Virus record (IMG/VR): IMGVR_UViG_3300031519_000066
Location: 1-40,376 of that record
DNA from: a virus
Lineage: Duplodnaviria; Caudoviricetes
DNA length: 40,376 nucleotides
Reading direction: 5' to 3' (one strand)
Of this stretch, positions 36,264 through 40,376 are shown piece after piece. The number at the start of each line of letters is the position of its first letter. Within the stretch, counting starts at the first letter, position 1. The translations under genes and the position numbers were made by a program. The notes beneath the pieces are model-generated. The model was given only the letters and a program-made list of their open reading frames with translations. It had not been told where the DNA came from and did not search any database.

Positions 36264-36353
36264 GGCATTATTTTAGGCACACTTAATTAACCATACGGCA
36301 CAGATCAACAGACCTGTTTGTGGTCATTTTACATTAACCTCACTGGAGAAACA

Positions 36354-37340
36354 ATGAAGAGAGTAAAGTACCTAAACAACAGGGATCTATTGGCACAGAT
36401 ACACGCCAGCAAGAACACCTACTGCTCATACGTCACACCCGAGGACGCAAGGTTTGACCTCATAGTGCCCAACCTCAAGAAAGTCAACGCCAGTGCGGTA
36501 GCACAGGCCAGAAAGGCCAAGGCCAAGAGACTGACCCAGGAGGCATGGGAGGCGGCCAAGGATTCGGGAATGAAGAAGATCAAACTGGTGGACTACACGG
36601 TGTCACCCAGGAAGATAGAGAAGACGGACCTTGTGTTCAGGGTCATGATGTTTGACCATGTTCCCCTCGACGACGAGAGGAAGAAGAATCCCAAGCAGAC
36701 ATCAGATCACCACAGCAAGGTGAACTTCCCACCGTTCCAGCACTACAGGCTTGATAAGAATAATAAAACAGTGTGCGTGGGCAAATCACACTGGATTGGT
36801 GGAATGAGCAACGGACACTTCTCATGCGACCACGGCAAGATGACCAACACCCTGGCAATGATGTACATGAAGCTGTGTGAGAGATACGGTACCAGATCAA
36901 ACTGGCGGGGCTACACCTACAATGATGAGATGCAGTCACAGGCCTTGATGCAACTGTCACAGATCGGTCTGCAGTTCGACGAGTCAAAGTCAGACAACCC
37001 TTTCGCGTACTACACCGCGGCCATCACAAATTCATTCACGAGGATACTGAACATAGAGAAGAAGAACCAGGCCATCAGGGACGACCTACTGGAGTACAAC
37101 AACATGATGCCAAGTTTCTCCAGACAGAACGAGAACACCACCAGCGGACCTTCGTACAAGAAGATGATGGAGACCGCACACGGCGATGTACACGAGGTCA
37201 ACAAGACCGGGCTCGCGAAACTGAACAAGATATTAAAGAAAAAAGGCAAAATCAATATGAAAGATGATTTAGATACAGTCAAGTTCAAGAACAAGTTAGA
37301 CTTGACCAATCATAAACCAACTGTAAAGAAGAAGTGGTAA
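36354..37340 (+). CDS. Late-transcription sigma factor, T4 gp55-like (start revised to ATG 36354)
   Basis: GGAG SD before 36354; YLNNRDLLAQI; CERY..RSNWRGYTYNDEM..A..FDESKSDNPFAYYT..NSF.R..EKK; adjacent to gp47/gp46 as in T4-like phages. Confidence 0.85.
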   Translation: MKRVKYLNNRDLLAQIHASKNTYCSYVTPEDARFDLIVPNLKKVNASAVAQARKAKAKRLTQEAWEAAKDSGMKKIKLVDYTVSPRKIEKTDLVFRVMMFDHVPLDDERKKNPKQTSDHHSKVNFPPFQHYRLDKNNKTVCVGKSHWIGGMSNGHFSCDHGKMTNTLAMMYMKLCERYGTRSNWRGYTYNDEMQSQALMQLSQIGLQFDESKSDNPFAYYTAAITNSFTRILNIEKKNQAIRDDLLEYNNMMPSFSRQNENTTSGPSYKKMMETAHGDVHEVNKTGLAKLNKILKKKGKINMKDDLDTVKFKNKLDLTNHKPTVKKKW

Positions 37341-37343
37341 CTG

Positions 37344-38366
37344 ATGGCATTCTTTAAGAAAGTCGCCTGTTTCACAGACATACACTTTGGACTGAAGGGT
37401 AACTCTAGGATTCATAATGATGATTGTGAAGACTTCGTGCGATGGTTCATAGAACAGGCCAAGGCAGAAGGCTGTGAGACCTGCATATTCCTAGGCGACT
37501 GGCACCATCACAGGTCAGCGACCAACGTTTCCACGATGAACTACACGGTGTCCAACATGGAACGACTGGGTGCGGCATTTGAGAAAGTGTACGTTATCAT
37601 GGGCAACCATGATCTGTATTACAGAGAAAAAAGAGAGATCAATTCCATGGAATACATCAGGAACATTCCCAACATACACATTGTCAACGAATGGTTGGTC
37701 GAAGACGATGTGGCGATCATTCCGTGGATCGTGGAAGACGAATATAAAAAGATCGAGAAAATGAAGCAGAAGTATGTGTTTGGACATTTTGAACTTCCAT
37801 ACTTCAAAATGAATGCCATGGTAGAGATGCCAGACGTCGGAACCATACAATCAGATCATTTCGCAGGTTGCGGCAAAGTGTTCTCAGGGCACTTCCACAA
37901 GAGGCAGTACATGAAGAACATCACATACATGGGCAATGCGTTCCCCCACAACTACGCAGATGCATGGGATGACGACAGGGGCATGATGATATTAGAATAT
38001 GATGGAGAACCCAAATACATCAATTGGCCAGAGATGCCGAGATACATCACTATCAAGATTTCAGAACTCCTGGCTGAGCCGGACAAGTACTTGAAACCAA
38101 AGATGTATGTGCGAGTCACACTAGATATAAAGATTTCATACGAAGAAGCAAACTTCATCAGGGAAACATTCATAGACAAGTACAGCCTAAGGGAACTACA
38201 ACTGATCCCAGAACAGGTGGATAATGCACAACAGCCAACAGTACAAGTACAGAAGTTTGATAGCGTGGATCAGATCGTCATCAAACAGTTGCAAGGGGTT
38301 GATTCGGAGACCTACGACAAGAACATATTAACAGCAATTTACAACGATCTCGATGTCGCAAATTAG
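37344..38366 (+). CDS. Mre11/SbcD-like recombination nuclease (T4 gp47-like)
   Basis: Metallophosphoesterase motifs DIHFG, LGDWHH, GNHD, FGHFE, SGHFH. Confidence 0.95.
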   Translation: MAFFKKVACFTDIHFGLKGNSRIHNDDCEDFVRWFIEQAKAEGCETCIFLGDWHHHRSATNVSTMNYTVSNMERLGAAFEKVYVIMGNHDLYYREKREINSMEYIRNIPNIHIVNEWLVEDDVAIIPWIVEDEYKKIEKMKQKYVFGHFELPYFKMNAMVEMPDVGTIQSDHFAGCGKVFSGHFHKRQYMKNITYMGNAFPHNYADAWDDDRGMMILEYDGEPKYINWPEMPRYITIKISELLAEPDKYLKPKMYVRVTLDIKISYEEANFIRETFIDKYSLRELQLIPEQVDNAQQPTVQVQKFDSVDQIVIKQLQGVDSETYDKNILTAIYNDLDVAN

Positions 38367-38514
38367 TAAAAAGAAATTCTGGGATATATTAAAAAAGATC
38401 CCTGCGAAGAAATGGAATTCACGTATACCAGACAAGGACACTCCGCAGAGTGTCTGGATAGCTGGTTACAAAAGATGGCGTAAACTAATGGATAAAGCAA
38501 ATGCTAACGATTAA
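38353..38514 (+). CDS. Small basic Trp-rich hypothetical protein, 53 aa (missing from the ORF track)
   Basis: MSQISKKKFWDILKKIPAKKWNSRIPDKDTPQSVWIAGYKRWRKLMDKANAND*; overlaps gp47 and gp46 by 14 nt each. Confidence 0.6.
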   Translation: MSQISKKKFWDILKKIPAKKWNSRIPDKDTPQSVWIAGYKRWRKLMDKANAND

Positions 38515-40276
38515 GGAACTCACAGTCAAGAACTTCATGAGCGTGGGCAACCAAGTGCAGGCCATCAATTTCGCTGACAAGAGCCTGGTTCTGGTCATCG
38601 GTGAGAACATGGACCTAGGTGGTGATGATGCAGGTGCCAGGAATGGTACTGGTAAGACGACAATCATCAATGCACTGTCGTACGTGTTCTTTGGTGAAGC
38701 ACTGACCAACATCAGGAGAGACAATCTCGTCAACAAGACCAACGAACGGGGCATGGTAGTGAGTGTCAAGTTCATAAAGAACGGAGTAACCTACACAATC
38801 GAGAGAGGAAGGAAGCCTCAGATATTCAAGTTCTACGCCAACGACATAGAACAGAATCTAGAATCAAACGAAGCACAGGGCGAGAACCGGGAAACACAAC
38901 TAGAGATCAACAGGTTGATGGGAATGACCCATGCCATGTTCAAGAACATAATAGCACTGAACACCTATACCCAACCATTCCTGTCAACCAAACAGGCAGA
39001 ACAGAGGGAGATCATCGAGCAGTTGCTGGGCATAACTCTGTTGTCCCAGAAAGCAGATCTTCTGAAAGAGAAACAGAAAGCGACCAAACAGTTGTTGACA
39101 GAAGAGAAATTGACAATAGATGCCAGGGTTGCGGCCAATGAGAAGATACAGGAATCCATAGAAAGTCTGAAGATAAGATCCAATGCATGGGCAAGTCAAA
39201 AACAAGACGATGTTAAAAGTTTTACCAAAGCAATAAGGGAATTAGACAAAGTGGATATTGTAAAAGAACTGGACGCACACAAGAGACTGTCCAAACACAA
39301 CGAAATGCAGACTGCGTTGAGGAGCCTAGAGAAGGAGAAAGCATATCATGAGGATTCGTTGGCCAAGGCAGAAAGCACCGTGGCGAAGACGGAGAAAGAT
39401 CTGGAGTTCGCGGAGGCGGCCAAGTGTCCCACGTGTGAACAGGAACTGCATGATGACAAGCACGAGCATCTAGTTGGAAAACTTAAAACAACACTGGTGG
39501 AATCAGTGGAGTATGCATCAAAACTCAAAGGTGACCTTGTGAAGATACAACAGGATGTGGATGCAATCGGTGACCTAGGCAACATACCCGACACATACTA
39601 TGACACCATTGACGAAGCGTACAACCACAAAGGGTCGTTACAGGATCTAAAACGCCAGCTAGAACAGACTGAGAAAAAAGAGGATGTGTATGCAGAACAG
39701 ATCGAAGAAATGCAGAGCAAAGCGATACAGAAAGTTGACTTTAAAAAAGCAAACGAAATGGAAGATCTCCACAGGCACCAAGAATTCCTGTACAAGCTGT
39801 TGACCGCAAAAGACTCATTCATAAGGACAAGGATCATAGAACAAAATTTATCTTACCTGAACCAACGTCTGGCATACTTCCTGGGCAAGGTCAAACTGCC
39901 ACACACGGTGGTATTCCAAAGTGACTTGTCTGTGCAGATATCGGAATTGGGCAGGGAGTTAGACTTCGACAATCTGAGCAGAGGAGAGAGGAACAGACTG
40001 ATCCTGAGTCTGAGTTGGGCATTCAGAGATGTATGGGAAAGTCTATACCAACAGATCAACCTGTTGTTCATTGATGAGTTGATTGATGCCGGCATGGACA
40101 TATCAGGCGTTGAGAGTTCAATGGCTGTACTCAAAGACATGAGCAGGACACAGAAGAAGAACATATTCCTGATCTCCCACAAGGACGAACTGGTAAGTAG
40201 AGTAAATTCAGTATTAAAAGTAGTTAAAGAGAATGGTTTTACCAACTATGCCAATGATGTTGATATTATTGTTTAA
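38501..40276 (+). CDS. Rad50/SbcC-like ATPase (T4 gp46-like)
   Basis: NGTGKTT Walker A, coiled coils, CPTC zinc hook, LSRGE signature, LLFIDE Walker B, ISH. Confidence 0.95.
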   Translation: MLTIKELTVKNFMSVGNQVQAINFADKSLVLVIGENMDLGGDDAGARNGTGKTTIINALSYVFFGEALTNIRRDNLVNKTNERGMVVSVKFIKNGVTYTIERGRKPQIFKFYANDIEQNLESNEAQGENRETQLEINRLMGMTHAMFKNIIALNTYTQPFLSTKQAEQREIIEQLLGITLLSQKADLLKEKQKATKQLLTEEKLTIDARVAANEKIQESIESLKIRSNAWASQKQDDVKSFTKAIRELDKVDIVKELDAHKRLSKHNEMQTALRSLEKEKAYHEDSLAKAESTVAKTEKDLEFAEAAKCPTCEQELHDDKHEHLVGKLKTTLVESVEYASKLKGDLVKIQQDVDAIGDLGNIPDTYYDTIDEAYNHKGSLQDLKRQLEQTEKKEDVYAEQIEEMQSKAIQKVDFKKANEMEDLHRHQEFLYKLLTAKDSFIRTRIIEQNLSYLNQRLAYFLGKVKLPHTVVFQSDLSVQISELGRELDFDNLSRGERNRLILSLSWAFRDVWESLYQQINLLFIDELIDAGMDISGVESSMAVLKDMSRTQKKNIFLISHKDELVSRVNSVLKVVKENGFTNYANDVDIIV

Positions 40277-40376
40277 TATCTCCTAGTAGTTTTCCAATAG
40301 AATACAGTTTATCATCTTTATCTTTGACCACGTAAAAGAACATAGTTGGTTCAAGGCCTAACTTATCACAGATTTG
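40266..40376 (-). CDS. 3' end of a convergent gene entering from beyond the window
   Basis: Open frame ..QICDKLGLEPTMFFYVVKDKDDKLYSIGKLLGDIKQ*; its stop overlaps the end of gp46. Confidence 0.55.
   Translation of the reverse strand, partial: QICDKLGLEPTMFFYVVKDKDDKLYSIGKLLGDIKQ

Noticed and set aside
36262-36320. Short GGCA repeats and an AACAG-AC-CTGTT palindrome in the gp55 leader
   Set aside because: Too short to distinguish from chance without comparative data.
36318-36353. TTG start for the sigma factor given in the ORF track
   Set aside because: The ATG at 36354 has a GGAG SD and directly precedes the conserved YLNN motif.
36643-40245. Minus-strand ORFs opposite gp55/gp47/gp46
   Set aside because: Shadows of well-supported plus-strand genes.
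1-40376. Stop-codon reassignment
   Set aside because: Genes are intact and tightly packed under the standard code. The ends checked use TAA or TAG, and no in-frame stops break conserved genes.

Overview
The window is a gene-dense fragment of a large T4-like (myovirus, probably jumbo) phage genome in the standard genetic code. No rRNA, tRNA, CRISPR array or mobile element was recognised. A minus-strand late block (36210->3729) encodes a tube-initiator-like protein, gp53-like, hub, gp5-like spike with a C-terminal S74 chaperone, gp25, gp6, a 4297-aa gp7-like wedge, gp8-like, three paralogous fibres, a polyglycine/Hint protein and one further virion protein. A hydroxylase-SDR-GNAT cassette is embedded in this block. 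A separately promoted operon follows, with three GT-A glycosyltransferases and a twitch/SPASM radical SAM gene. On the plus strand are a gp55-like late sigma factor and gp47/gp46 (Mre11/Rad50). The best candidate for an undescribed system is phage-encoded post-translational tailoring of the virion. The modifying enzymes sit beside structural proteins that carry (i) a DGST motif repeated 15 times with varied codons, (ii) shared Ser/Thr/Gly tails ending in GY, and (iii) a non-splicing Hedgehog-like Hint domain. Regulatory observations include overlapping head-to-head sigma70 and late promoters at the gp55 gene, and several apparently leaderless transcripts. All family calls come from motif recognition by eye; no database searches were run.
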